From UHGV virus genome UHGV-0142349: a stretch of DNA of 48,552 nt; one strand, written 5' to 3'. The DNA comes from a virus. Shown here in pieces: positions 37,684 through 46,312 of the stretch (the stretch's first letter is position 1; every line of letters starts with the position of its first letter). Under the pieces are notes generated by a model. The model did no database searches and was not told where the DNA came from. It saw only the letters and a program-made list of their open reading frames with translations. Position numbers and translations under genes: made by a program.

Positions 37684-38952
37684 TTATGGTCTGCTTTTCT
37701 GTGCCAGCTTATCAGCACATGTTTTTATCAGATCCTGTAGTGTCCTGGCTGGCAGGTTTGCATCCAGAACGCTGAGTATGCTGTTGTGATCAGCCTGGTC
37801 GACTACTTTGCCTGTCGGTGGTAGTAGCTTGAGCTGAGGATTCAGGTCCTCGTCAAAGCTGATAAGTGCTCTGGCGTTCCTGAGCAGATCAAGAAGTAAG
37901 GCTGATATCACATTTTCCTGAGTCATTGCTGGCAGACTTAGCGCCGCTTTAGTTTTCTCCGTCGCCTTGTCAAACTCTTTGATTAGTGTCTTGCGGTAGT
38001 TCGGTTCCGTTAATAGCCGATTATGCTCTGTTGCCGCGCGGATAATCGTTTTTTCTTGGTACAGTCGTTTAGCCAGATCACGCTCGTACTGTGTTTTTAA
38101 CACGCTGCTGATAGCGTTAAAGGCTTCAATGTAGGCCAGCTTGATATCTTTTACGCCTGGACCGTCGATGCTCTCCATGAGCAAGGTAAATCCGTCTTTT
38201 GTCATGCGATAGATTGTTATTTCGCGGTCGCTTCCTTCCAACGGTCGTTGCTCTTTAAAGAAATGACGCGCCGCAGCTGTGCGAGGAATGCGTAACGCAT
38301 CGATGGCCATAACGATGGAATTGTTTGTGGTGCTGAATGCCTGGGCAACATCGGCCGAGGTTGTGAGTGGCTCGTTATTGCACACCTTAATGTAAAACAT
38401 CGGTTTGGCGTTGAGCGTATCGACAACCTCACGAGCATTGTTTGGCGAGACGGTTACGGTCGCGGCCGTTTGCGCGTTCTGGTTGAAGTAGCAGTCTTCC
38501 AGCCGTTCGAACACATCCCACGCTTGGTTAGTTTCAAGCATTTTGGCGTGACGTGCAGCCCCGCGTTCTGTCCAGAGAATGAGGGAGCGAACGTTACGGG
38601 CGATTTTCACAGAGTGACTTTTAGTTACCTTGTGGTTAACAGAGTAGTTTAAAACTACTCTGTGCTCGTCGCTCTCTCTTTTAGAGGGGGCGTCATTAAC
38701 TGAATCTCTTAAAGAGTTTTTGTTCTTCACATCATTATCTTGAGTCACTTTGTGCTTTAACTCTCGAAGTTCGTTACCTTCAATTTTGAAGTAGTGCTTA
38801 CCTTCAATGAAGCGTTCCTTATTCTCATGATGATTTTGTCGAATGCGTACAGGAGATACGCCGTAAAGCTGTGCCAGTAACTCGGTAGTAATGACAGGGA
38901 TTTGGTTATGCAGGATAGGCTGTAGGGTGTTAACGGTCGGAAGCGTTTTCAT
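37684..38952 (-). CDS. antirepressor (KilA-N/ORF6N-like N-domain, Ant-like)
   Basis: 422 aa; N-terminal ITTELLAQLYGVSPVRIRQNHHENKERFIEGKHYFKIEGNELRELK resembles ORF6N/KilA-N. Confidence 0.65.
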   Translation of the reverse strand: MKTLPTVNTLQPILHNQIPVITTELLAQLYGVSPVRIRQNHHENKERFIEGKHYFKIEGNELRELKHKVTQDNDVKNKNSLRDSVNDAPSKRESDEHRVVLNYSVNHKVTKSHSVKIARNVRSLILWTERGAARHAKMLETNQAWDVFERLEDCYFNQNAQTAATVTVSPNNAREVVDTLNAKPMFYIKVCNNEPLTTSADVAQAFSTTNNSIVMAIDALRIPRTAAARHFFKEQRPLEGSDREITIYRMTKDGFTLLMESIDGPGVKDIKLAYIEAFNAISSVLKTQYERDLAKRLYQEKTIIRAATEHNRLLTEPNYRKTLIKEFDKATEKTKAALSLPAMTQENVISALLLDLLRNARALISFDEDLNPQLKLLPPTGKVVDQADHNSILSVLDANLPARTLQDLIKTCADKLAQKSRP

Positions 38953-39176
38953 TTTGCACCTCCCATAACTACTTTGGTTACGAGGGAGATTTTTGCGTCA
39001 GAAACAGCGTTATCGTTGCTGGCGATGCGCATAGCTTCGCGCTCGATGATTTCAGCCAGGCGGAATTTATCGGCGTATGAGGCTTTCTTGAGAAGGATCT
39101 TTACGAGGTTGACGTAATAGTCATGGGGTAGGTTTGTCATTGTGATATCTCCAGTATATGGAACTATCACCGCCAT
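38949..39176 (-). CDS. small protein upstream of antirepressor (possible regulator)
   Basis: 75 aa overlapping ant start; start may be internal Met. Confidence 0.35.
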   Translation of the reverse strand: MAVIVPYTGDITMTNLPHDYYVNLVKILLKKASYADKFRLAEIIEREAMRIASNDNAVSDAKISLVTKVVMGGAK

Positions 39177-39435
39177 TCGAGGCTAATCAAATGGTGGTGA
39201 GCCGTACAGGGTTAGCCTTACCGGACACAATGACGAACCGGCGCGGATTTCTCCGCCCCTGTACGACCCACCATAATTTGGGCGTAACAGTGCTCTACGC
39301 ATAAAAAAACCGCTAACGCGGTATGCGCCATCGTGTTATTCAGGAGGCTAATCCCGACCGTAGATTTTGCTACGGCTCGGAAAGTGTCCACCAATGGCGC
39401 ATTCATGTCAATACGGCGGGATTTTAACAGAGACA

Positions 39436-39448
39436 ACCACATAGCGTG
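39436..39448. promoter_or_regulatory. operator-like site CCACATAGCGTGG upstream of ant operon
   Basis: Matches CCACAT-N3-GTGG motif seen in repressor/cro intergenic region. Confidence 0.45.
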
Positions 39449-39473
39449 GGTTTATTGGTAGGCAGAAACAAAA

Positions 39474-39498
39474 AAACCGCCCTATTGAGGACGGTTCT
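39474..39498 (-). terminator. minus-strand rho-independent terminator
   Basis: Hairpin accgccct/aggacggt with A7 before on + strand (T-run after on minus). Confidence 0.45.
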
Positions 39499-39893
39499 TT
39501 CGTGCTGATCGGATTCGCGGTCCTTTCAGCATTACGTTGTTGTATAAACAACCACGCAAGCACAAGCAGCAAATTGATTTTACTCAAAAGGTAATAATAG
39601 TCCACTATTATACATCAAAAAATTGTGGTTCTTGTTGTGTCAGCAAACTCACAGATTGTGGGTAGGTTACTGATTTTGTGAAAATAAACTGTTTTTTTCG
39701 TTTAATTTCTTTCCTATTACTAATCTTAAAATAATCGTAAAATACCTGTGGACCTTCCCGCCGATTCGCACCCGGGCACCGACTTTAGGGGAGGATTTCC
39801 TGTTGCCGTACATGCAAGCACAAGCAGCCGTGCTTGCTCTCGCGTTGTTTTCGTCGGTGGGGATGCCGTGAAACGGCCTGTAAGGGCCATACA

Positions 39894-40016
39894 ATGAAAA
39901 AATACTGTATGTGTATTTTTATCGTTGTTACTGGAGCTTTGTTTACGCCACATGGGGAGGGTTGGAAGATTACTGATAACGCTCTGAATGTGACGATAAA
40001 CATTAGCAGCAAGTAG
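39894..40016 (+). CDS. small hydrophobic protein (40 aa), candidate type I toxin-like peptide
   Basis: MKKYCMCIFIVVTGALFTPHGEGWKITDNALNVTINISSK; followed by terminator at 40022..40045. Confidence 0.3.
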   Translation: MKKYCMCIFIVVTGALFTPHGEGWKITDNALNVTINISSK

Positions 40017-40021
40017 CGATT

Positions 40022-40045
40022 AGGCCCCTTCGGGGGCCTTTTTTA
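40022..40045 (+). terminator. rho-independent terminator
   Basis: ggcccc-ttcg-ggggcc then TTTTTT. Confidence 0.65.
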
Positions 40046-40054
40046 TGGTTGAAT

Positions 40055-40237
40055 TTAAACGCTGGAGCGCATTAAGCCTTTCAGAACTGCTTCACGTACC
40101 CATTCTGGTCTGGTGGATAGCAGGGCAAATAAGCGGCCAGCTTGCAGCCGTTTGAGGTCGGTTAGACGAGTTTTCAGTAACCGTGTATATTGTTGTTCGG
40201 ACATAACAAATTCCCCTTGTTGTGTCGCGACGGCCAA
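40055..40237 (-). CDS. hypothetical protein
   Basis: 60 aa ORF downstream of parG-like gene. Confidence 0.3.
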   Translation of the reverse strand: MAVATQQGEFVMSEQQYTRLLKTRLTDLKRLQAGRLFALLSTRPEWVREAVLKGLMRSSV

Positions 40238-40266
40238 CAGTTGGCGCTGGAGGCCGTCACCTTCTC

Positions 40267-40515
40267 TTACTTCTGGTTGTATTGAGCCTTGAGTAACTCA
40301 AAAGATTTTGTCAGCACTTCTTTCAATGACATATCCATTGAGCTGGCGAACGTTTTGTACTCGCGTTTAAATTCAGGGTCGACGTTAAACGCCATTTGTG
40401 CCCCACCTGATTTGGTTCTGGCTGGCGTTTCAGTCGGGTCGAAAACCTGCGGTTGTTCGATCGATGGCGGTACGCCTTTGCTGTTCTTCTTTGGTGGTTT
40501 TGATGGTGCGGCCAT
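40267..40515 (-). CDS. partition protein, ParG-like (ribbon-helix-helix centromere-binding)
   Basis: 82 aa, basic flexible N-terminus, directly downstream of ParA-like ATPase gene (type Ib layout). Confidence 0.5.
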   Translation of the reverse strand: MAAPSKPPKKNSKGVPPSIEQPQVFDPTETPARTKSGGAQMAFNVDPEFKREYKTFASSMDMSLKEVLTKSFELLKAQYNQK

Positions 40516-40527
40516 GTGTATCCCCTC

Positions 40528-40563
40528 TTATATAAATCTATAAAACTATAATTATATATTACG
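40528..40563. repeat. AT-rich near-palindromic motif copy
   Basis: TTATATAAATCTATAAAACTATAATTATATATTAC. Confidence 0.5.
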
Positions 40564-41212
40564 CGGCAGTAGTCAGAGCCTCAAGCTGGTTGATAATCCC
40601 CTGAATAACGTCGTCTGCCTTTTTGCGTGGCGCAACGTATGAGCATTCAATGAGGCTTAAGCCCTTATCCTGAGCTTTGCTCAGAGCTGGCTTGTGGGGA
40701 ATGTACTTATCGACAACAAAGTATGGCGTATTAGCCAGGTACTCTTGGGCTTCAATGTAGTCGGCTTCGTTTTCAGCCGCGCCTGAGAACACCATGCAAA
40801 TTTTCTTGATTGGCACACCCTTTTTAACGATGCCATGAGCTGTGTTAACGGTGGTTTCCAGGTCATCGGTAGAGAATCTGGTTGGCAAAATAACCATATC
40901 CAGAAATTCAGAGAGCTTCGGTACTGATTCAGATGCGTAGGCACCGCCATCGACGATAACCAGGTCGTATACTTCTGATTCGATGATTTTCTGGACTTGT
41001 GATGGCGTGCCGCACGGCTGCGCCGCGATTGCAGGTTCGATATTGTTGGCCATTCTGCGTTGTACCCAACGCGTTACCGTTCCGTTAAGCACATCCATAT
41101 CGATCAGGCATACATTCCAGCCGGCCTTTGCATAAGCAACTGCTAAAGCACGGGCAATTGTTGATTTGGTTACGCCGCCTTTTCCGTTGAAAATACCTAC
41201 AGAGATAGTCAT
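40559..41212 (-). CDS. partition ATPase ParA (small ParA/ParF-like, Walker type)
   Basis: Deviant Walker A GKGGVTKST; start at ATG 41212 (SD GGAG upstream) rather than track start 41227. Confidence 0.7.
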   Translation of the reverse strand: MTISVGIFNGKGGVTKSTIARALAVAYAKAGWNVCLIDMDVLNGTVTRWVQRRMANNIEPAIAAQPCGTPSQVQKIIESEVYDLVIVDGGAYASESVPKLSEFLDMVILPTRFSTDDLETTVNTAHGIVKKGVPIKKICMVFSGAAENEADYIEAQEYLANTPYFVVDKYIPHKPALSKAQDKGLSLIECSYVAPRKKADDVIQGIINQLEALTTAA

Positions 41213-41235
41213 TTGTCGAGACTCCATGTGTTTGG

Positions 41236-41340
41236 TTATATAATTATATAAATCTATATTTATAGAACGAGGTAAGCATAACCAACTTTTTGGCGGATGA
41301 AAAGCGTTTTATATAATTATATAAATCTATAATCATATAA
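41236..41340. repeat. two direct copies of AT-rich motif upstream of parA (candidate centromere/operator)
   Basis: TTATATAATTATATAAATCTATA at 41236-41258 and 41308-41330. Confidence 0.55.
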
Positions 41341-41362
41341 GCGGGCGTTAGCCCGCTTTCAG

Positions 41363-41737
41363 TCAGAGGTCAGCTATCGTTGATATCAGTTGATTTGCTA
41401 GCTGTCGCTGTTTACGTGAGAGTGTTAGAGCAGCTTCTGAGCGGTCGCTAAGAGGGGTGTTTTCATCAAGAATCATGAGGCATACAGAAATAATAGCCCT
41501 GTTATATGCCATCAATGGCTGGCACAGCTTCGATACCGCTGGCACATCGTATTGTAAGGCCGTTTTGAGGCAGACTTTTTGTTCTGATGCCAGATGAAGG
41601 ATAGATTCTATCCAGTCGATATCTTTTTCATTATCAATGATTTGGCATAACATACACTCAATCGCTATGTTCAACGCTTGGATTTCGATTCCAGCAGTGA
41701 TCAGAGTTTCGTTTTTATTGGCTGTATGTAATTCCAT
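41363..41737 (-). CDS. hypothetical protein
   Basis: 124 aa ORF between repressor and parA. Confidence 0.4.
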   Translation of the reverse strand: MELHTANKNETLITAGIEIQALNIAIECMLCQIIDNEKDIDWIESILHLASEQKVCLKTALQYDVPAVSKLCQPLMAYNRAIISVCLMILDENTPLSDRSEAALTLSRKQRQLANQLISTIADL

Positions 41738-41773
41738 GCGTAGCCTCTTTTATACTTTTACATGTTGTCAAAA

Positions 41774-41792
41774 CCACAAAATGTGGTTTTTT
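41774..41792. promoter_or_regulatory. palindrome AAACCACAAAATGTGGTTT (operator-like and/or bidirectional terminator)
   Basis: Perfect inverted repeat flanked by A/T runs; shares CCACA..TGTGG core with sites at 42524-42641 and 39436. Confidence 0.45.
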
Positions 41793-41829
41793 TGAGCGTA
41801 GAAATGCACGGCTTTCGCCGTGCTGTGTA

Positions 41830-42486
41830 TCATAACCAGTTGACAACACTAACTACGCGGCCAAGAACTTTATAACGCTTAAATTCCTCGTTATTCAGAT
41901 GCTTAGTGTTCATTTCAGCATCCCTTTCGGTTGACAGCATAACAGCATTGTCACCCGGTATGACTCTACAGTGCCTCAAAACAACCAGGCCATTTCTGTC
42001 TTCAAGGGCATAGATCCCCTCATGAATCTCTGTATCGTCTGTATCAATCAGGACTTGGGAGCCAGGGGATATTGTTGGTGACATTAACTCATCGTTGCTC
42101 TGGAGAACTGACAGAGACGATGGGTTGATGTTCTTGCTTCGTAGAATCTCCTGTTCTATCGCCAGCACTGGCTTTTCTCCGGCGTGCGATGCTATGTCAT
42201 TTTTTATAGCTACAAGCCCAGGAATAACAGGAGCGTTAGTATTCTGGGGTGGGAACGGGTTATCTGTTAAGCACGCGATATAAGGCGCTGATGCTTTCAG
42301 GGCGTGCGCGATTTTCTTGATGGCAGGTATAGATGGTTGTCTTAATCCGGCCTCATAGTTCTGCAAGGTGCTTAAGCCTATTCCAGTGACTTGCTGGAGA
42401 TCTCCGGCAGTCATGCCGGATTGTTTCCGTAGAGTCTGAATGCGCAGACCTATTTCTTTCTTGATGTTCTCGTCGTTGCTTTTCAT
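41830..42486 (-). CDS. CI-like repressor (N-terminal HTH, C-terminal S24/LexA-like peptidase domain)
   Basis: HTH in the N-terminal part and an S24-like C-terminal domain; divergent from Cro-like gene. Confidence 0.75.
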   Translation of the reverse strand: MKSNDENIKKEIGLRIQTLRKQSGMTAGDLQQVTGIGLSTLQNYEAGLRQPSIPAIKKIAHALKASAPYIACLTDNPFPPQNTNAPVIPGLVAIKNDIASHAGEKPVLAIEQEILRSKNINPSSLSVLQSNDELMSPTISPGSQVLIDTDDTEIHEGIYALEDRNGLVVLRHCRVIPGDNAVMLSTERDAEMNTKHLNNEEFKRYKVLGRVVSVVNWL

Positions 42487-42523
42487 GTCTCATCAATCGT
42501 GAATGGTGGGTTATTTATACATT

Positions 42524-42641
42524 ACCACATTTAGTGGTTTTCACATGGTAAGACGAGAGGTGGACCACAAATAGAAGGTTATTTTTTGTTTCGCCCATTG
42601 AAAAACTCACGATATGTGGTTTTAATACCACATATCGTGGT
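42524..42641. promoter_or_regulatory. operator region with inverted-repeat sites (CCACAT-N3-GTGG type)
   Basis: ACCACATTTAGTGGT (42524-42538); CACGATATGTGG (42608-42619) and CCACATATCGTGG (42628-42640) form a larger palindrome. Confidence 0.55.
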
Positions 42642-42660
42642 TTTAACTGGAGTTCGTTAA

Positions 42661-43155
42661 ATGACCTTTCAGGAGTGGGTTGACGAAAATGGAGGCCAAA
42701 TTGGTGTTGCCAGAAAGTTTGGCTTTACGTCATCACTGATTGGTGCCTGGTATCGCTTCGAGAGATTCCCTCGTGCGGATAACCTGACGCTGCTGGTGGC
42801 GTATTCGGAAGGCCGGATTAACGTCCAGCAATGGGCGGCAGATTTTGCCGAACGTCAGCGCCAGCGTAGCGATGGCACATCGGTTCGGCAGAACAAGATC
42901 AAAGGGAACCTCCCTGTTAACTGCTTATCAAGGCTGAAAGCGGTTTTCTCTGAGCTGGGGATGCCTGCGGAGCGTTGCAATCTACGCGGTCCGCGATTCA
43001 TTGCTCGCTGGAAACACTCACACGTAACCGTTTCAGAGGTTCGTGATGCGATTACCGTGCTGGAGCTTAAGAATAAAGATTCCAGCGATATCGAGCTGAT
43101 TCATAAGGAGATTAGCAACGCCCGGCGTTCAGCACTTGGGAGGCTTGAGGAATGA
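42661..43155 (+). CDS. Cro/YdaS-like HTH regulator (first gene of rightward early operon)
   Basis: ENGGQIGVARKFGFTSSLIGAWYR resembles Cro/YdaS-type HTH; divergent from repressor. Confidence 0.4.
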   Translation: MTFQEWVDENGGQIGVARKFGFTSSLIGAWYRFERFPRADNLTLLVAYSEGRINVQQWAADFAERQRQRSDGTSVRQNKIKGNLPVNCLSRLKAVFSELGMPAERCNLRGPRFIARWKHSHVTVSEVRDAITVLELKNKDSSDIELIHKEISNARRSALGRLEE

Positions 43156-43667
43156 TGATTCTGGCCTTCTTTGGTGATAATCACCAGATTCAATCGCAGG
43201 TGGTGCACTACCTTGATCAAACGATTAAAGGATTTGTTATCGATCATATTGATAACGATAGCAAACATCTATCTGTAGATCAGAAAATTGGACGTGTGCA
43301 GCGACTGGTTGCCAGCCGTAACAGACGTGACACCGTCACAGTAGTCACGGGGATAACGGAGGTCATGGAGTACCAGATGTTGCTGCATCGTGGAGCTGTT
43401 TTCTGCGTTCTTCCTGGCATTCTGCCAGCAATTCTTGCTCGTGGTTTTGTCCCTATTGATGAGTCGTTTTTATATGTAACCCCAAGCCGTTCCCTTCTGG
43501 ATACGGAGGCGAAGCGTCGCATTTATATGATGCCGGACGAGGCATTTTCTGAATGTTACCGCCGTGAAATGAGGTTGGGTAAACGAGAAGTGTCTGTTGT
43601 TCGTGATGGCAGGTTTTTAAGAAGCCGCACGGTGAAAAGCACCAGAAATGACGGGGGCCATCAATGA
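43152..43667 (+). CDS. hypothetical protein
   Basis: 171 aa ORF with overlapping start. Confidence 0.4.
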   Translation: MMILAFFGDNHQIQSQVVHYLDQTIKGFVIDHIDNDSKHLSVDQKIGRVQRLVASRNRRDTVTVVTGITEVMEYQMLLHRGAVFCVLPGILPAILARGFVPIDESFLYVTPSRSLLDTEAKRRIYMMPDEAFSECYRREMRLGKREVSVVRDGRFLRSRTVKSTRNDGGHQ

Positions 43668-43897
43668 GTAGTTATGTTCGCGGTGCTGCGATGCATTGCC
43701 AGAATCCCCAATTCTGGCGCTTTCTGACCAGTAAAACAGGGAAGAACGTTTCAAACAGTTCTGAGGCCTCTGTGATTCTGCGTGAGTTTTGCGGGATCTC
43801 ATCCCGTAAAGAGCTGGCAAAGAACTACGCGGCCAGAAGCATGTATGTCCAGTTAATCAACGAGTTCAACCTCTTTATCAATGGTAAGGGGCGCTGA
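43664..43897 (+). CDS. hypothetical protein
   Basis: 77 aa. Confidence 0.3.
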   Translation: MSSYVRGAAMHCQNPQFWRFLTSKTGKNVSNSSEASVILREFCGISSRKELAKNYAARSMYVQLINEFNLFINGKGR

Positions 43898-44301
43898 TGA
43901 ACGGACGTACACCAACGAAGAAAGAGAAACTTTATATACAAGCGGTGCTCACTCACGTGGGTTGCATAGCTTGCATTATTGATGGCCGTGAAATTGAGAA
44001 TCCAGAGCTGTGGACGGAGCTACATCACGATCCTGATTACGGCAGCGTTGATGAGAATTGCCACTTCCATAGCTTTGGGTTGTGCGCACCACATCATCGC
44101 GGTGTTGTGCCTGGTGGTGGGCGCGTGCCTCCGCATATTGCCGTTCGTCACCCTCCCCTGAGTAATTGTGCTCGCTTTGTTGAGCGTTATGGCACCGATG
44201 AATTTTTGTGTGCGCAGACGTGGGAGCTGTTGCCGCAGTCAGTTAAAGACGAAATTGGGTTTGATCTTAGTCTTGGTGAAGTACCAGGGGATACCAAATG
44301 A
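43897..44301 (+). CDS. Cys/His-rich putative zinc-binding nuclease-like protein (NinG/Ref-like, tentative)
   Basis: Pattern HVGCIACI..HHDPDYG..NCHFHSFGLCAPHHRG. Confidence 0.35.
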   Translation: MNGRTPTKKEKLYIQAVLTHVGCIACIIDGREIENPELWTELHHDPDYGSVDENCHFHSFGLCAPHHRGVVPGGGRVPPHIAVRHPPLSNCARFVERYGTDEFLCAQTWELLPQSVKDEIGFDLSLGEVPGDTK

Positions 44302-44630
44302 GATATACCGGCTTTCGCAAACCAGCGACCAGGAAAAGCAAATACGGCAATAAAAAAACGGTTGTCGATGATATCGCTTTTGATAGCAAAAAAGAGGCTG
44401 ATTACTACTGCGAACTGAAGCTACTGAGAAAAGCTGGCCGCGTTGTGACGTTTCTTATGCAGGTGCCTTTTAATCTGCCAGGTGGTGTCGTTTATAAACT
44501 TGATTTCATGGTGTTTTATGACGATGGGACGATTGATTGTGTCGACACTAAAGGTGTGCGAACAGACGTCTACATCATGAAGAAAAAGCAGGTAGAGGCG
44601 CTTTATCCCGTCACGATACGGGAGATCTGA
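44298..44630 (+). CDS. DUF1064-like protein (phage nin-region family)
   Basis: YGNKKTVVDDIAFDSKKEADYYCELKLLRKAG and VDTKGVRTDVY match the family signature as I recall it. Confidence 0.6.
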   Translation: MRYTGFRKPATRKSKYGNKKTVVDDIAFDSKKEADYYCELKLLRKAGRVVTFLMQVPFNLPGGVVYKLDFMVFYDDGTIDCVDTKGVRTDVYIMKKKQVEALYPVTIREI

Positions 44631-44633
44631 ACA

Positions 44634-45011
44634 GTGAGACGCGATCTGGATAGCTTGTTTGAGCTATGGGCGCTGTGGGTGCGCAATGGCTGCAACGCCC
44701 GTAGCGGTTTCGCGTCGATGTTAGAAATGATGATGGTTACGCGTTGCCAGTTTACCGGAGGGGGCGGCGCACCAAATGACTCACTGGAAACCAGTATCGA
44801 GGGAGCGGTGACGGCCCTCACGGTAGTTGATGAGACTGCGGCGCTGGTTGTCCGAATTGAATACGGGGCGTGGGAGATTCGGGGCCTCGACATAAATGCA
44901 CCGCATATTGATAAAGCCCACGCCCTTTCTCTTAGTCTCAGACAGTATCGCCGGAAGCTGGCAAAAGCCAGGGCGTATGTTGTCGACTATTTGAAAAAGC
45001 GAAGAGAGTGA
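44634..45011 (+). CDS. hypothetical protein, possibly antitermination Q-like (low confidence)
   Basis: N-terminal LxxWxxW pattern and position after DUF1064 gene. Confidence 0.25.
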   Translation: MRRDLDSLFELWALWVRNGCNARSGFASMLEMMMVTRCQFTGGGGAPNDSLETSIEGAVTALTVVDETAALVVRIEYGAWEIRGLDINAPHIDKAHALSLSLRQYRRKLAKARAYVVDYLKKRRE

Positions 45012-45064
45012 AAGTGTCATTTTGAGCTGTTTTGATGGTGTGTAGACATCGGGAACATCGAAAA

Positions 45065-45180
45065 TCTATAAATATATAATTATAGATTTATATAAAAAGT
45101 GCTTTACAGGTGGGAAAAAATTTCCTAAGGTTATACCCGAAACCGAGCGATACCCGCCCTGGTTAAACCGGAGAAATCTG
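45065..45180 (+). promoter_or_regulatory. promoter-leader cassette copy C
   Basis: AT-rich palindrome, -35 TTTACA, -10 TAAGGT, conserved leader; diverges only in last 7 nt before ATG. Confidence 0.6.
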
Positions 45181-46248
45181 ATGAATAAACAAGTAATTAT
45201 TTCTGACTGGATCAACAACCCTAACAGCCTGTTAAGCACTGATACTGGCTACCTATTACGCCATGTTAATGGTCGTATGGTCAAAAGCGATGAGCACGAA
45301 ACCTTTTTCTTTGTTGAAGACGATGGGCGCATCTATGAGGATGGTTACTCTTATGAAGCCCAAACTGGTTGTATCCCTGCGGAGCTGGTGGACGTAACAG
45401 AAGATCTGCGCAAAGCATGGCTTGAACAGCAGCAGCGCGGAGATGATTACGTAAACACCTATCAGGAACGCCAGAACGCGCGTCTTGCCCGATATATTGC
45501 TCGTGCAGAAAAAGCCAGAAAAGAAGGTGCGGTAGCGCATAAGCGAGCGCATGACCTGTTGGATGTGATCCCGTTAGGCCAGCCGATTTTAGTTGACCAT
45601 TATAGCGCGAAAGGCCATCGCCGCCGTTTGTCTAAAGCTGATGCGTTATTCAGAAAAGCGTTTGTTGAATGCGAAAGTAAAGCATCACACTACGAGAGCA
45701 AAGCCGCAGGTGTTGGTCGTAATGGAATTTCGTCTGATGATCCTGATGCGCTATTTAAGTTGCTTCGTAAGCTGCAAGGCTGCATGAAGTCACACGTCAA
45801 AATGAAGGCCGCAAATAAGGCCATTCGCAAATACAAAAAAGACCAATTACAGCAGCTTTCTGCATTAATCGATCTCAGGTTTACAGAAAGCGAAGCCAAA
45901 GAGTTACTGGCCGGAGATTTCTGTGGGCACATCGGATTCCCTTCATACGCACTGAGCAACAATAAGGCCGAAATCAAACGACTACAGAGCCGTATTAAGG
46001 AGCTTGAATCGGTCAAGTCTGTAACAGGAGCACAGCGCGAAGAATACGACGGCTTTTCTATGGAGATAGATCCAGAGGATAACCGCATCCTGTTTTATTT
46101 CCCTGGCAAACCAGAGGCAAACATTCGTTCGCTGCTTAAATCACGCGCCTTTAAGTGGAGTCCAACCCGTAATGCATGGGTTCGTAAGATTACTCCAAAC
46201 GCCCTGGCTGATGCCCGATATCTGAAAGAATCGCTATTGAAAGCCTGA
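45181..46248 (+). CDS. hypothetical protein (cassette-driven, 355 aa)
   Basis: ORF begins right after conserved leader; no family recognised. Confidence 0.5.
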   Translation: MNKQVIISDWINNPNSLLSTDTGYLLRHVNGRMVKSDEHETFFFVEDDGRIYEDGYSYEAQTGCIPAELVDVTEDLRKAWLEQQQRGDDYVNTYQERQNARLARYIARAEKARKEGAVAHKRAHDLLDVIPLGQPILVDHYSAKGHRRRLSKADALFRKAFVECESKASHYESKAAGVGRNGISSDDPDALFKLLRKLQGCMKSHVKMKAANKAIRKYKKDQLQQLSALIDLRFTESEAKELLAGDFCGHIGFPSYALSNNKAEIKRLQSRIKELESVKSVTGAQREEYDGFSMEIDPEDNRILFYFPGKPEANIRSLLKSRAFKWSPTRNAWVRKITPNALADARYLKESLLKA

Positions 46249-46257
46249 CAGTAAGCC

Positions 46258-46281
46258 TACGGCGGGATGTCTCCCGCCGTA
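46258..46281 (+). terminator. hairpin terminator
   Basis: tacggcgggatgtctcccgccgta. Confidence 0.45.
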
Positions 46282-46312
46282 TATAGAATTATATATTTAT
46301 ATAAATGTATAA
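46280..46312. repeat. AT-rich near-palindromic motif copy
   Basis: TATATAGAATTATATATTTATATAAATGTATAA. Confidence 0.5.

Noticed and set aside
37272-37718. 148-aa minus-strand ORF in the non-coding stretch
   Set aside because: Pro/Thr/His-rich odd composition, no ribosome-binding site, overlaps hairpins and the G-tract; treated as non-coding.
44634-45011. Firm call of this ORF as antiterminator Q
   Set aside because: Support is only a remembered N-terminal pattern and synteny; kept as hypothetical with a low-confidence note.
3407-45180. Possibility that the three ~110-bp repeats are a CRISPR array or IS element ends
   Set aside because: Copies are direct, about 110 bp, tens of kb apart, each abutting a start codon with promoter and SD features; no short spacer periodicity and no transposase.
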